64,000 nucleotides of DNA, taken from contig NC_087246.1 in the NCBI RefSeq assembly GCF_037042905.1, positions 3,536,001 through 3,600,000 of the forward strand, given 5' to 3'. The notes beneath the pieces were generated by a model, which saw nothing but the letters and a program-made list of their open reading frames with translations, made no database searches and was not told the origin of the DNA. Both the position numbers and the translations under genes were made by a program. The DNA comes from Lytechinus pictus (taxonomy: Eukaryota). This document shows, piece after piece, positions 1-12,397 of this stretch. How positions within the stretch are numbered: the stretch's first letter is position 1; the number at the start of each line of letters is the position of its first letter.

Positions 1-193
1 CGTGATCACAATTACATGCATTTTGTAGTTCTTACTCTTGTGAAAATTAATTTCTCCAATCGCATCGTACACAATGTATAATGGGCCTATGGCGGCCATT
101 TTGAATGTCAAAATGCAGCATTGATCACATAAATTGCATTTATCTTTCGTTAAAAATTATGTCTTTAGCCAGTATTCCACTCGCTTATCTTAA

Positions 194-789
194 ATGGGAA
201 TCCAACCCAAATGAAAACTTGTATTTGTAAGGAAAAGAAAAATCGGACAAGTTGATAGGTGAAAGTTTGAACAATATTGGACAAACAACAAGAAAGTTAT
301 GAATTTTTAAAAGTTGTAAATATTGGTAATCACTATACCCATGGAGACTTCAAATTGGCCGCATATGGGATGTCATAGTTATGTAAGGCAAGGACTACTC
401 TTTCATGTACTCCAATACATATTATGGCTAAAATGTCATTTTTCCTATAAGTTTTATTTCAAATTATATTTTTCGTTCATGAGGACATAAAAAAAATATA
501 CTACCTGGGTTATATTTAGATTACTGCCCCAGTGGAATGGGTACTTAAAAGTAAACCACAAATCCCTGATAATAAAGTACATGGCCTATGGGAAAGTTGT
601 CCTTGCCCCTTGTCATAATTTACTTCCCCAGTTGCCAATTTGAAATCTACATAGTATTAGTGATCTCAATTTTAAAACAGCTATAACTTTCTTAATGCTT
701 GTCCGATTTCTTTCAAACTTTCACCATTCTGTTTAATTTATTTTTCTCCTTCCCAACACAACATTTTATGGCCAAGGCTGGATTCCCCT
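194..789. mobile_element. TTAA-flanked non-autonomous DNA transposon (Kolobok-like)
   Basis: TTAA at 190-193 and 790-793; imperfect terminal inverted repeats (TIRs) atgggaatccaacc / ggctggattcccct. Confidence 0.65.
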
Positions 790-1021
790 TTAATACTAGT
801 AATGTGCATTTTAGTATTTACTCTTGTAAATTTATTTTGTCCCCATTATTGTACATAATACTGTCAGGGCATTTGGTGGCTTTTTGAATATTAACATGCT
901 TCATTTATTACATACATGACATGACAAAATAATGATACATTTCGTTAGTAATCATGTTTTCATCCATTATTTCACAAAAAATCACAATTACTTGCATTTA
1001 GTGCTCACTTTTGTGAAATTT

Positions 1022-1791
1022 ATCAAAATCTTAACCAAGGTTAAGTTTTTGAAATGTTATATGGACCTAGTTCATAAAACTTAGACATAAGGGTAAAAGT
1101 GTATCACTGAAGATCATGCATGAGTTTCAGGTTACATGATTAAGGTCAAAGGTCACTTAGGGTCAACGAACTTTGGCCATATTGGGGTTATTTGAGGAAT
1201 TGTCATAACTTTAAAATTTTATGGATCTTGTTCATGAAACTTGGACATAAGAGCAACCATGTATCCCTGAATATCATGTGCCAGTTTCAGGTCACATGAC
1301 CAAGGGCAATGGTCATTTAAGGTCAATGAACTTTGGCCATGATGGGGGTATTTGTTGAATTACCATCATAACTTTGATCGTTTATGGATCTGATTCATAA
1401 AACTTGGACATACATGTAAGAGTGATCAAATATCACTGAACATCTCATGCGAGTTTTGGGTCATATGACCGGTCACATAACCAAAGTCAAAGGTCATTTA
1501 AGGTCAATTAACTTTGGCCATTTTGGAGGTAAATATTAGATTGCTGCCATACCTTTCAAAGTTTATAGATATAGTTTATGAAATGTGGATATAGGGGTAA
1601 TCAAGTAGCACTGACAAGTCTTACGTCGCATGATCAAGGTCAAATGTCATTTATTTTCAATGAACATAGTATTGTATCATTATATGAATTGTATTTTTTG
1701 TGAATAATTATGTTAGATAGTATTTTTTTTAAATTAGCGGTGCTTAGATGAATGGTGTGATGCAGGTGAGACTGCCAGAGGCGCTCCACTT
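1022..1791 (+). mobile_element. Helentron/DINE-like element, 5'-truncated
   Basis: About four ~160-180-bp internal repeats (aaggtcaaaggtca core) and 3' end atgcaggtgagactgccagaggcgctccactt, homologous to 4249-5238. Confidence 0.7.
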
Positions 1792-1880
1792 AATTTGTAA
1801 TAATCTTTTTTTCTGGTATGCACTGTATAACTTTTGTATTTATCTGTTAAAGCAGTATAAATCTTTTTTTTCTTTTGCAG

Positions 1881-2092
1881 AAATGGTTAGCTATATGAAA
1901 ACGGTGGCCAATTCAGGTGATGAAGATTTATCAGTAGAAGAAAGGAACCTTCTGTCAGTAGCTTACAAGAATGTAATAGGAGCAAGACGTGCCTCATGGC
2001 GCATTGTCAGCAGCATTGAGCAGAAAGAAAAAGATAAAACAAAAGAAGGTGACCAAGACAAAGTAGAGGAGGTCAAAAAGGTCAGATTAGAG
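1881..2092 (+). CDS. YWHAE: 14-3-3 epsilon-like, internal coding exon (probably exon 2); first exon is outside the window
   Basis: ttttgcag|AA ATG GTT...TTA GAG|gttagt; encodes (E)MVSYMKTVA...[34 protein letters not shown]...KVRLE, the 14-3-3 signature. Phase-1 start matches the RYDE|M intron of vertebrate epsilon as recalled. Confidence 0.96.
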
Positions 2093-2891
2093 GTTAGTAT
2101 TCTTCAAAAGTTTGAAATTTATTATAACAAGTTTAGTTTGCCGTCAGTGGCGGCACCAGAGCAGCATTTACTATATGTGTACATTTTTTTCAGATTTTGA
2201 AATTTCTGGGGGGGTGCAAATGCCCCCTGTTGCCGCAATTGTACGCAAGCGAATCAGGTCCCGAAGATGCGTCACTCATACCATAGCACACATACCCTAG
2301 GGGAAAAAATACACGGGGGCGGCGGGCGAATTCGCCCCGGAAATGCCTAAAGTCGCCCCCAAAATCACCCCAAATTATGCTTGGGGGCGGCATAAAATCT
2401 GGAAGTCGCCCCCGAAATAATTGCCAAACGAACTGGTTAGGCTGCGCTGCTAGCTCAGCGGCCCAAAGCCGGCCGGAACGCACAAGATCCGTTCTTTGAT
2501 AGTGTAAAATTGCCTTTTTCATTGCATTTTGAAGATACCATCATAAATTTGCCAGAAAATAGATCTTGAACTCTGAACAAAATCAGTTTTTTCATTTTAG
2601 TGATTTTTCGATTTTGTTCTTAAATCTGAACTAAGCCTTCGGGTGCTCTGGAAATATCAAGTCAGAAATTAGGATTTTAAGCGGGGATTTTCGGTGAGTA
2701 ACAGTTGGTGCCTGAGTATACATGCATACCTGCCAACCATTCCGATTTTGGCGGAACTGATTTTTTAACCTCAATTTCGAATTTTAAAACCAAAATTCTG
2801 ATTTTTGGGTTAATCAATATAGTGTTGAAATTATTAAAATGACTGTATAATGCGACTAACGCATGTTGGCTGCAAGATGCGACTAACGCAT

Positions 2892-3914
2892 CAGTGAAAA
2901 AAATACATGGGGGCGGCGGGCGAATTCGCCCCGGAAATGCCTAAAGTCGCCCTCGAAATCACCCAAATCATGCTTTGGGGGGTGACATAAAATCTGAATG
3001 TCGCCCCCGAAATTATTGCCAAGTGATAACAACTCAACGACCCACTAGCGCCATATGCTCGAGCTCCGCTTACCATTTAAAAATCATCCAAAATCCACAC
3101 TCAAAATCATGAATAAGCCTTGAAAATAGCGAGGAGCGCATTTCAAATTCCGAAGTTGCGTCTTTTTTCTGTACCACGTATTTCCACACACATGGTACCA
3201 GGTATGGAAAAAAAAATCAACGCGACGGTCGGGAAACAGTTGCATGTATAGGGGTCCATTATGACTACAACCATGTGCAATTTCTGATGCACATGTTTCC
3301 CCTACAGATATCACAATTCTGTGATAAAATAATTTGAATTACACAGGAAAGAAATCCCAGAGTCTAGTAACCTATCATTGGTGAGTTGCCATTCGGCTTT
3401 GCTTTTCAAAACGGCCTATTAACATAAAGTTTGATGATTTCTTCTTTGTCATGTATATTTAAGTTCTTAATGAATACATTCTCACCAAATTTAGACTCCC
3501 CCATAGAGAAATGCAATTTTCATGGAGATCTGCGTTTTCAAAGAACTTCACGAAAAGTTAGGGTATGTGGGCCTTTATTACATGTACATGGCCGAGTACA
3601 GGGTATTGTACTGGAATAGACGGAGTAGAAATTAGATATTGAATTCATTTATATCCAAGTCCAACTCACAGTCACACACACACATCCAAGATTCTAAGCA
3701 TGAAAAAAATAACTTAAAAAATCATACAATATTAAACAAAAAGTAATAATTCATTAATAAGTGAACAGGTATTTCTCCAAATACAAAAAAGGAGCATTCA
3801 AAAAGAGCCCCCGAAATGCAAAAAGTAGCCCCTGAAAGGTAGAAATGGAGCCCCCGAAATTTGACAAAAAAATTAAAATGGAGCCCCCGGAAATTTTTTA
3901 AATTTTTTTCCCTG
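2892..3914. mobile_element. hAT-like non-autonomous element; a partial second left end lies at ~2298-2430
   Basis: Termini cagtgaaaaaaa / tttttttccctg; 8-bp TSD taacgcat/taatgcat; iterated gccccc(g)gaaat subterminal motifs. Confidence 0.7.
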
Positions 3915-4248
3915 TAATGCATAAATGGTTGGAGCGCACGGCTACACAAATGCGCAGTTCGTTATTACAAGCGACTTTAAGAACGACTGGTGACCCTTAT
4001 GGTCAGTGATATCAACACCGCGTGTTCATTGGTGTTAAGTTACATGTAGCTCTTAAAAAAGGGTAACCAGTCCGTAAAGGTGCTCGTAACTACACCTGGT
4101 GTGTGCGCATGTGGCTAGTAAATAGAACCGTATGGAGCACTGACATACAGTATTGTTCTTCGTGGTGTACCATGCTTTTGTTGATAACTTTTTGTTGGAT
4201 TACATGTGAAATATGTGCCAGGTTGTGTTGAATACAGTTGTGATTTTT

Positions 4249-5238
4249 TGTCTCACCTGCATAGCAGAGTGAGACTATAGGCGCCGCTTTTCCGACGGCG
4301 ACGGCGGCGGCGACGGCGGCGGCGACGGCGGCGGCGGCGGCGACGGCGGCGTCAACACCAAATCTTAACCTGAGGTTAAGTTTTTGAAATGACAGCATAA
4401 CTTAGAAAGTATATGGACCTAGTTCATGAAACTTGGCCATAAGGTTAATCAAGTATTACTGAACATCCTGCCTGAGTTTCATGTCACATGACCAAGGTCA
4501 AAGGTCATTTAGGGTCAATGAACTTAGACCATGTTGGGGGAATCAACATCAAAATCTTAACCTAAGGTTAAGTTTTTGAAATGTCATCATAACTTAGAAA
4601 ATATATGGACCTAGTTCATGAAACTTATACATAAGGTTAATCAAGTATCAATGAACATCCTGCTTGAGTTTCACATCACATGACCAAGGTCAAAGGTCAT
4701 TTAGGGTCAATGAACTTTGGCCGAATTGGGGGTATCTGTTGAATTACCATCATAACTTTGAAAGTTTATGGATCTGATTCATGAAACTTGGACATAATAG
4801 TAATCAAGTATTACTGAACATCCTGTGCAAGTTTCAGGTCACATGATCAAGGTCAAAGGTCATTTAGGGTCAATGAACTTTGGCCAAATTGGGGTATTTG
4901 TTGAATTACAGCCATAAATTTGAAAGTGTGTTGGTCTAGTTCATAAAACTTGGACATAATAGTAATCAAGTATCACTGAACATCCTGTGCAAGTTTCAGG
5001 TCACATGATCAAGGTCAAAGGTCATGTTAAGGTCAAAGAACTTTGGCCACGTTGGGGGTATTTGTTGAATTGCCATCATATCTCTATAAGTGTATTGGTC
5101 TAGTTCATAAAACGTGGAAATAAGAGTAACCAAGTATCACTGAACATCTTGTGCGAGTTATAGTAGTTTTCAAAATCAGCACTGCTGCTATATTGAATCG
5201 CGTGATGCAGGTGAGACGGCCAGAGGCATTCCACTTGT
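4249..5238 (+). mobile_element. Full-length Helentron/DINE-like non-autonomous element with central tandem repeats
   Basis: 5' tgtctcacctgcat and 3' subterminal atgcaggtgagac (inverted pair), short 5' hairpin, (GGC/GAC)n microsatellite at 4292-4350, four internal units (spacing 192/163/162 bp), T-rich flanks, no obvious TSD. Confidence 0.75.
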
Positions 5239-5892
5239 TTATTGAAAAAAGCAGTCTTGGCATTGGAATTGCATAGCCATTGGATTTTTCGAATTCGAGG
5301 AAGCAAGTTTGAATTTGATTTAGCTTTTTTATCAATATCATTAATTAACGTTAGTTTTGTTACTGAACTGAACTTGTGCGCATTCTCTAGATCTACATGT
5401 ATCTCTACGCAATTTTAACATTGATCTGTACTTTATTTCTCCAATTGTCAAATTTGTGAGGAAGAAAGGAGATAATCAACTTTCGATCTCAAGTTGAGCC
5501 TTCGGAGCCGAATGCCAAATCTACTTGCTTCGCTTTCCTAAAATCCCGGCGCCCGCCGATTTGCTGCGCCTCGGCCTCCCTGTCTCACTGGCGCACCTCA
5601 AGTGCAGTGTTGGTGTGGGTCGGGCGCATGCAGCTGTTAGTATCGGCTCCGTTGTTGTCATGGCTGAAAATCTGCTTTCTTACCAACAAGCACTTTTATC
5701 CAATGTAGGTTAAAACCCTGTCCTCGGTTAGTAACCCCTGTGTGGTGAAATTACATGAATAAGATTGTCAATGTTTAGCTTATTTTCTCTTGATAATAGA
5801 CTGGATAAATGCTTGATTTTTCGGCACGTCAGTTTTTAATACAGTAGATCTAAATTCATCATAAAAAATATGCCTTGGCCCAGACCTCCCAA

Positions 5893-7092
5893 TAGGCCTG
5901 GGACTTTCGGGTTTTTTTGTTTTCGGGTACCCGTGGTAATTTTCGGGCGGGTACCCGAAAGTCATGTCGCTTGAAATATGATTGGTGGAAAAAACCCATA
6001 GGTGACGTCATCAAGCCATTGCCATGCGAGCCAATTTATGAATGAAAATATAGTAAGCATGCGCATTGCAAACCTCCCGTGCCCCACGCAGTATTCCATC
6101 GAAACAAGTCTGCAATACTCTGTCACCTCGTACCAAAATCGACCTAGAATTCCACTTTCCTATATTTAATATGAATTATCAAATGTATTCTCAGAGGATC
6201 TGTTTTCTCACCGATACCACACAGGTAAGCAAATTTTTATTACTTCTTGCTTTTCCGTCAAAATCTTACGAAGTAGCGTCGATATTACAACGTGTTCGTG
6301 AGTTTGTTGAATCTATCGCTACGTGAACAAAGTCAATTGATTTCCGGGTTTCGGAGCATACGAAGCACCAGCCAATCACGTTCTTGTTACCATTTTCAGT
6401 TCATCATAAACCGAAAATGGTAACACGATCGTGATTGGCTGGCGCTTCGTATGCTCCGAAACCCGGAAATCTATTGACTTTGTTCACGTAGCCATAGATT
6501 CTACAAACTCACGAACACGATGTAATATTGACGCTACTTCGTAAGATTTTTATGGAAAAGCAAGAAGTAATAAAATTTTGCTTACTTTGCTTGGTATCGG
6601 TGAGAAAACAGATCCTCTGAGAATACCTTTCATAATTCATATTAAATATAGAAAAGTGGAATTCTAGGTCGATTTTGGTACGAGGTGACAGAGTATTGCA
6701 GACTTGTTTCAATGGAATACTGCGTGGGCACGGGAGGCTTGCAATGAGCATGTTACTATATTTTCATTCATAAATTGGCTTGCGTCGCAGTGGCTAGATG
6801 ACGTCACTGCGCTGCAAAAGAAACATGGCGACGATTAAACGATCTCAGTCACATCATCATCACTTGAAAAACTTGTATATTTATGGATATTTCGAGGGTA
6901 ATTGGTGAGATTCAAAATGAGAATTGTGTATTTTTGTGATGAGTTACAATCATGTCTTACACTACGCAATATAAATAAAATACATGTACGTTACTGGTGA
7001 GCAATTTTCGGGTATCGGGTATTGATTTTTCTACCCGGGTACCCGAGGCTTCCGGGCGGGACCCGGGTACCCGGGTTTTAGTCCCAGCCCTA
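5893..7092. mobile_element. hAT-like MITE carrying a ~800-bp internal palindrome
   Basis: TIRs taggcctgggact / agtcccagcccta; exact 8-bp TSD cctcccaa at 5885-5892 and 7093-7100. Confidence 0.85.
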
Positions 7093-7275
7093 CCTCCCAA
7101 CATTTCCGCTTTTGGCAGAAAATTCCCACTTTTGAGTTTTTAGGATTTTCCGCTATTGCCTAATATTTTCTGAAAAAAAAGAAGATTTTTGAACAATATA
7201 CATGTTCCGTATTTTCCGATAATTAAACACACCTTTTCCCCACTTTATTATCTTGAAAAGTCAGGTGCAGTTTAA

Positions 7276-7873
7276 AGGACAAGTCCATACCAACAAAAAG
7301 TTGATTTGAATAAAAAGAGAAAAATCCAACAAGCATACAGTAACACTGAAAATTTTATCAAAATCGGATGTAAAATAAGAAAGTTATGACATTTTAAAGT
7401 TTTGATTAATTTCACAAAACAGTTATATGCACATCCTGGTGGGTATGCAAATGAGGAGACTGATGACGTCATCCACTCACTATTTCTTTTGTATTTTATT
7501 ATATGAAATAGGGAATATTCTATTTTTCTCCTCATTTACAAGTGAAACAACGATTAATTCCTCCCTGAACATGTGGAATGAGCATTGTTTAATACTATAT
7601 GATTCAGTCAAGTTGGTCCTTATTGTCAAATCCATAAAAAATTGAATATTGTATAAATCAAACAATAAAAAACAAAAGAAATAGTGAGTGAGGAACATCA
7701 TCGACCTTTTTATTTGAGTTGTTCATATCACTGTTTTGTGAAAAATAAGCAAAACTTTAAAGTGTCTTAACTTTCTTATTTTACTTCCGATTTTGATAAA
7801 AATTTCAGCATTTCGCTAGTTTGATTTTTCTCTATTTATTCAAATCAACATTTTTTTGGGGTGGACTTGACCT
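7276..7873. mobile_element. Kolobok-like MITE
   Basis: TTAA flanks; TIRs aggacaagtcca / tggacttgacct; long imperfect inverted arms; same family as 15417-16000. Confidence 0.8.
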
Positions 7874-8053
7874 TTAACCAAGGAACGATGAAGTTTCATC
7901 AGTAAACTGACTAAGTCTCTTTGATGTTTAAAGTTTTGAAACAACCAAGAACCATTTAATGTAATTATTTGTTGGTTACTAAAATTAGTATAGTTTTGTT
8001 TGAAAAATCTTCTTTGTAAAGGTTGTTTGATATCATTTATTTGATTACCGGTA

Positions 8054-9072
8054 TAGGGACAGTGATTTTCCGTTTTAAAAAATTGCCTTTTCCGTTTCAG
8101 AAAATCTTAAATTCCGTTTTAGCATGTCAGAAAACAGAAATTCCGTTTCCCCATTGAATAGCAATATCACAACACTCGCGCTGGTCAAAATTTGTATCTG
8201 CCACTGTACCAACAACACATTAGAATCCGTTCTAATCGGATCAATGCGGGTACACAAAATATTTTGACAAACACATTTAACATGAATAGGGGAGATTGGG
8301 GTTAGTTGGAATGCGGGGTACATGTAAGTTGAAACATTGTAATTTTCTTTAACGCCTGTAAAATAAATTTATGCAATACTGCCCTCAATTTATTACTATT
8401 AATAATACAACACTGGTGTATTATTAATAGCAATAAATTGAGGGCAGTATTGCATAAATTTATTTTACAGGCGTTAAAGAAAATTACACTGTTTCAACTT
8501 ACCCCGCGTTCCAACTAACCCCGATCTTCCCTACATCCTCACCTTTCACATTATTAGCATTATTTTACGGTAAAATGAAATTTTATCGATAATTTGGGGG
8601 GGTTTTGGACATCGTTTTCAGCAGTCAACGATTTTTGCCTATCCGCCATTTTGGATTTCAAGACCTCGATATCGTGCTGTTACATTTTCGAACGTAGAGG
8701 GCAGCAACACACAACCGTGTTGTTGATATCAGACGATGTGTGCGTGAATGTTTTCGATAAGCTCAATTCCGCCCGGCCAAGGCAGGGTGCGGTACGGCGC
8801 GAGTGTGATGAAGTTGAGTGCGGGTGCAGTCACGTCGCGATGTGTGAATTGTCATGATTGTAGCGAAGTAAGATCATGTTTTCTGGGGTTTTGTGGCCAT
8901 TTAATATTCGTATTTTGTTGAGATTTTTGAGTAATTTCTGTTGCTGTTCTGTGTATTTTGAGGAAAGATATGTTTTCCGTGATTTTCCATTTGAAATGCC
9001 ACTTTCCGTTTCAAAAGGCCCTTTCCGTGAATTCCGTCCATTTTCTGCCATTGCGGAAAATCACTGTCCCTA
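8054..9072. mobile_element. hAT-like MITE containing a nested hairpin MITE
   Basis: Perfect 19-bp TIRs tagggacagtgattttccg; iterated ttccgt subterminal motifs; imperfect TSD ccggta/caggta. Confidence 0.8.
8287..8533. mobile_element. Palindromic (hairpin) MITE with TA ends
   Basis: ~120-bp near-perfect inverted arms, centre ~8412. Confidence 0.8.
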
Positions 9073-9429
9073 CAGGTACTATTAATTTACTAATGTTTTC
9101 CCCCAAAACCTGGTTGTTTTCAGTCCTTCACATTCATAATTTTGTGGAGCTCAGTAAATTGCTCTCCTAAATTTTTTGAGGAGCTCAATTGAGCTCTTGA
9201 GCTCCTCAGAATTGCTCTCATAAAGGAGCTCAATTTAATACAATACATGTATGCTAAATTGTAGATTTTTCTTATTGTAAATGCAACATCTGTTTAGTTA
9301 TTAATTTATTTGTGGGGAAACTAGGTCTGGGTCATTACGTTTACAAAATATCGCACTCCTACTTTAAAAAAAAATTACAAAAAATTGCTTTAATTTTACA
9401 TGGCAGAAAGAAGCTGCTGAAAAATGCTT

Positions 9430-9680
9430 ATAAAAGAGAGGTCTTTCACTGGCCTTACACTAACTTCCCTTTGTGTCTGCCTACTCCTTTGCTTTCATCC
9501 CCTTCTCTAAACCTGATTGGTCATCACAACTCTCTAATGCCCTTTTTGTCTCCTTGTTTCTAGTGTTGCTGTTGCATGTCTGTGGTCTATATTTTGGTTG
9601 TTCCACTTAATTTGTTTGTCATTTTGCCTCCGACGACGAAGATTCTACTAGGATCGAAAGCTTAGGCCCCTTTTGACTTA
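9430..9680 (+). mobile_element. Penelope-like pseudo-LTR remnant with decayed minimal hammerhead (9626-9667)
   Basis: gcct-ccgacgacga-a-gattct-act-aggatc-gaaa-gctt-aggc, preceded by a pyrimidine-rich tract. Confidence 0.5.
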
Positions 9681-9833
9681 GATTTTACATCTTTAAATCC
9701 ATGAAATGGCCTTCTATTTTCCATAATTCCTTGAAATTATTTTGATTTAGTTGAAAACTAATGATGTTAATGATGTTACAATCGGTAAATATTGTAGTCC
9801 CACATGTAGACTTCCATTATGTTGCAACATTAA

Positions 9834-10415
9834 AGGGATGGTCCGGGCTGGAAATATTTATATCTAAATAAATAGAGTAAAATTCACAGAGAAAAATGCT
9901 GAAGATTTCATCAAAATCTGATAACAAATGATGAAGTTATTGAATTTTTTAAGTTTATCAATTTGTTGTGAGTTATATGCACATCGTCGTGAATATTCAT
10001 AAGGTGGGTTGATGATGTCACATCCCCACTTCCCCTTATGTTTTTACATGAAATCATAAATGTTTCATTTTTTCATACATGTGTAAATAATGTGTCTCCA
10101 TTAAGATGAAATAAGTTACGGCAATAAATAGCTTATGTACTTATTCAGTTGTCAATCCAATTGTTTTAGTTCTTGGTTGAAAAATTTTGAATAAACCTTA
10201 TTTCATATAATAAAATACAAAACAACATGTGGGAATATGACATCAGCCCACCTTATGAATATTCATAAATACATGCCTAAAACTGGTTCACCGGAATAAT
10301 ACAAATCTTTAAAATTCAGTAACTTCGTTATTTGTTATCCAATTTTGTTCAAATTTTCATCATCTTGCTTTGTGAATTTTTTTCTATTTGATATAAATAT
10401 CTTCAGCCTGGACCT
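9834..10415. mobile_element. Kolobok-like MITE, second family
   Basis: TTAA flanks; ends agggatggtccgggctg / cagcctggacct; homologous to 20447-20995. Confidence 0.7.
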
Positions 10416-10439
10416 TTAAATGAAAACAATTGTCATACG

Positions 10440-10640
10440 GTACTTGTTGAAGTTAAAATTATTGAGTTGGTCAGTTAAATTGTTCAAAAAATCTATTTGT
10501 TCCTGCTGTTTTTCTTGAACAGAAAAATAAACATTGCAAAGAATGTACTTTGTCTTGTGTACATCTATCTCCAATATTAGATACCTCCCTTCTGGATCAC
10601 TTTCATGTTTTGTTAACTTCAAATTCAGTTCAAACAGGCA
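10440..10640 (-). pseudogene. LINE (L1/Tx1-like) APE endonuclease fragment
   Basis: ORF track SDPEGRYLILEIDVHKTKYILCNVYFSVQEKQQEQIDFLNNL matches the D-x-x-GR-x-I...L-x-NVY motif; isolated and cut by a MITE. Confidence 0.7.
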
Positions 10641-11198
10641 TGTCAATTTCTTGTGGGGCGCCCTCAAAAGTGATGGTCTGTTGAGCAAGTCATCTTGAAA
10701 TATGCATAATATTGGGTTCTAAGCTAATTTAATTTTGAAGTTATGAGACTCCAAACATGCACCCAAAAACATGGACTTGGACACTTAACACCATTTTCGG
10801 CGACCTTGTGCGCAATAACGGCTGGTCAGATCTGCGCCATAATAGATGTACATGTATATTGCTCATGTTAAGACTAAAGTTCTACCAATTTGCATAAAAT
10901 GAGTACACTCCTTCATCAAACTTGGCTCCAGCAGTCAATCAAAAATAGCAAATTTGATTTAAACTCAGTTGTTTGACCATGCATTGGTTGCTAAGGCCAT
11001 ATCTTAGCAACCGTTTGACCTTGGGGCAAATGTATTTCAGATTTTTTGTCAGACATTTGGGGGAACATTTGGTGTGAGTTTAAAGAAAATCAGAGGGGTC
11101 AGGTGACAAGTATTGGTCGATTTGACATGGATGGACCCTTATGCTTGTTTGATTTTTATTAGAATCTACTTTTCGTTGGGGTGTAGTTTGTCCTTTAA

Positions 11199-11907
11199 CC
11201 CTGGGCTATTTGAGATGTATTGAGGACGGGGGGGGGGGGGGCCTTCTGATTTCGCCCGCCGTTTGTGCAATCGTGCCGAAATTTGGCATGCACATTCGTT
11301 ACCACATACATGTAAACTACAAGCCAGTAAAAAAATCTGAAAATAATTATTCTTTTCTTATTATGAATTAAATGTGCAATATATTTATTCATTGAAAACA
11401 TTATATACATATTTAACACCTGATTTCACTTCAAATTTTCTTTTTTTTTCCAAATGTCATCTTTTTAATCTAATTTAAAGGTTTCCACAAAGAAAAATTG
11501 TGAAAGCCAATTTTTTTCCCTTATGTATTTCTTTGTTTAAGAATTATGTATTTCTACGTTTTTTTTAAGCTTTTGTTTTTCATTGTTTTTTATTGGAAAT
11601 TATTACAGACCATTTAACAACTAAATCAAACCCTAAATTAATTAAGCAGACCAATTAGAACAAAAAGTGATCACCCTTTTATGAATTTCATCTCCCCTAG
11701 ACTCTGTACACAAAGTTTAAAAATGAGCCATTTTTCGCCTGACATTGTCTCGTAAAATGTCACTTGGCGTCGCGATGCTATACCTGTATATCGCGAATTT
11801 GGTCTCAAAAGTTGCGCGAGACTTCAAAGAAAAAAGGTCATAAAATTTCGGAAAAAATAACGCGAAACGTTGAGGGGTGGCCATCATGGCCCCCAGTCCT
11901 TTTAGGG
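11199..11907. mobile_element. piggyBac-like MITE
   Basis: TTAA|CCCT...AGGG|TTAA; inverted relative of 19363-20109. Confidence 0.75.
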
Positions 11908-12087
11908 TTAATTATCAAGGGCTATTTTTTAGTCAGTTTAGTGAGAAGGGGAACTGTTCGTTATCGCATTTTATAATAAAGATTTTCCGCTTCTCCTTAT
12001 TTTTTTATTTTTTTCATTTTGTAATTTATTCAAAAATGTTCTTAACCCAACAATATCTTGTTGGACTTTTTTCTTGTTTTTTTTCAG

Positions 12088-12194
12088 ATTGAGAAGGAGC
12101 TGAAAGACATCTGTGAAGACATCCTAAACCTTCTCCGGGATTCCTTGAAAAAAAATGCTAAAGAAAATGAGTCTCAAGTATTTTACCATAAAAT
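12088..12194 (+). CDS. YWHAE: 14-3-3 epsilon-like exon (107 nt)
   Basis: ttttcag|ATT GAG AAG...AAA AT|gtaagt; IEKELKDICEDILNLLRDSLKKNAKENESQVFYHK(M); phase 0 in, phase 2 out. Confidence 0.95.
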
Positions 12195-12397
12195 GTAAGT
12201 AGTCCTCTTTATGTAATGTATGGTTCGTAGTAGGGCTGAGTCAAAATGTTAAAAGGCCGTTCAAACAAGGAATTTTAAGTGATAGAGAACAATCCAACAC
12301 ATTCCCTTTAAAGCCACTTTAATGCCAAGGATAAATATGTTAGACATGTTCTTCACTTATTTTTCTTGCAGATTGAAGACAAAAGATTCCTGCCTAA

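Noticed and set aside
4090..4398. Poly-Ala ORF
   Set aside because: Translation of the (GGC/GAC)n microsatellite of a transposon.
6066..6751. Pair of similar 80-86-aa ORFs on opposite strands
   Set aside because: Mirror images produced by the palindrome; no recognisable domain.
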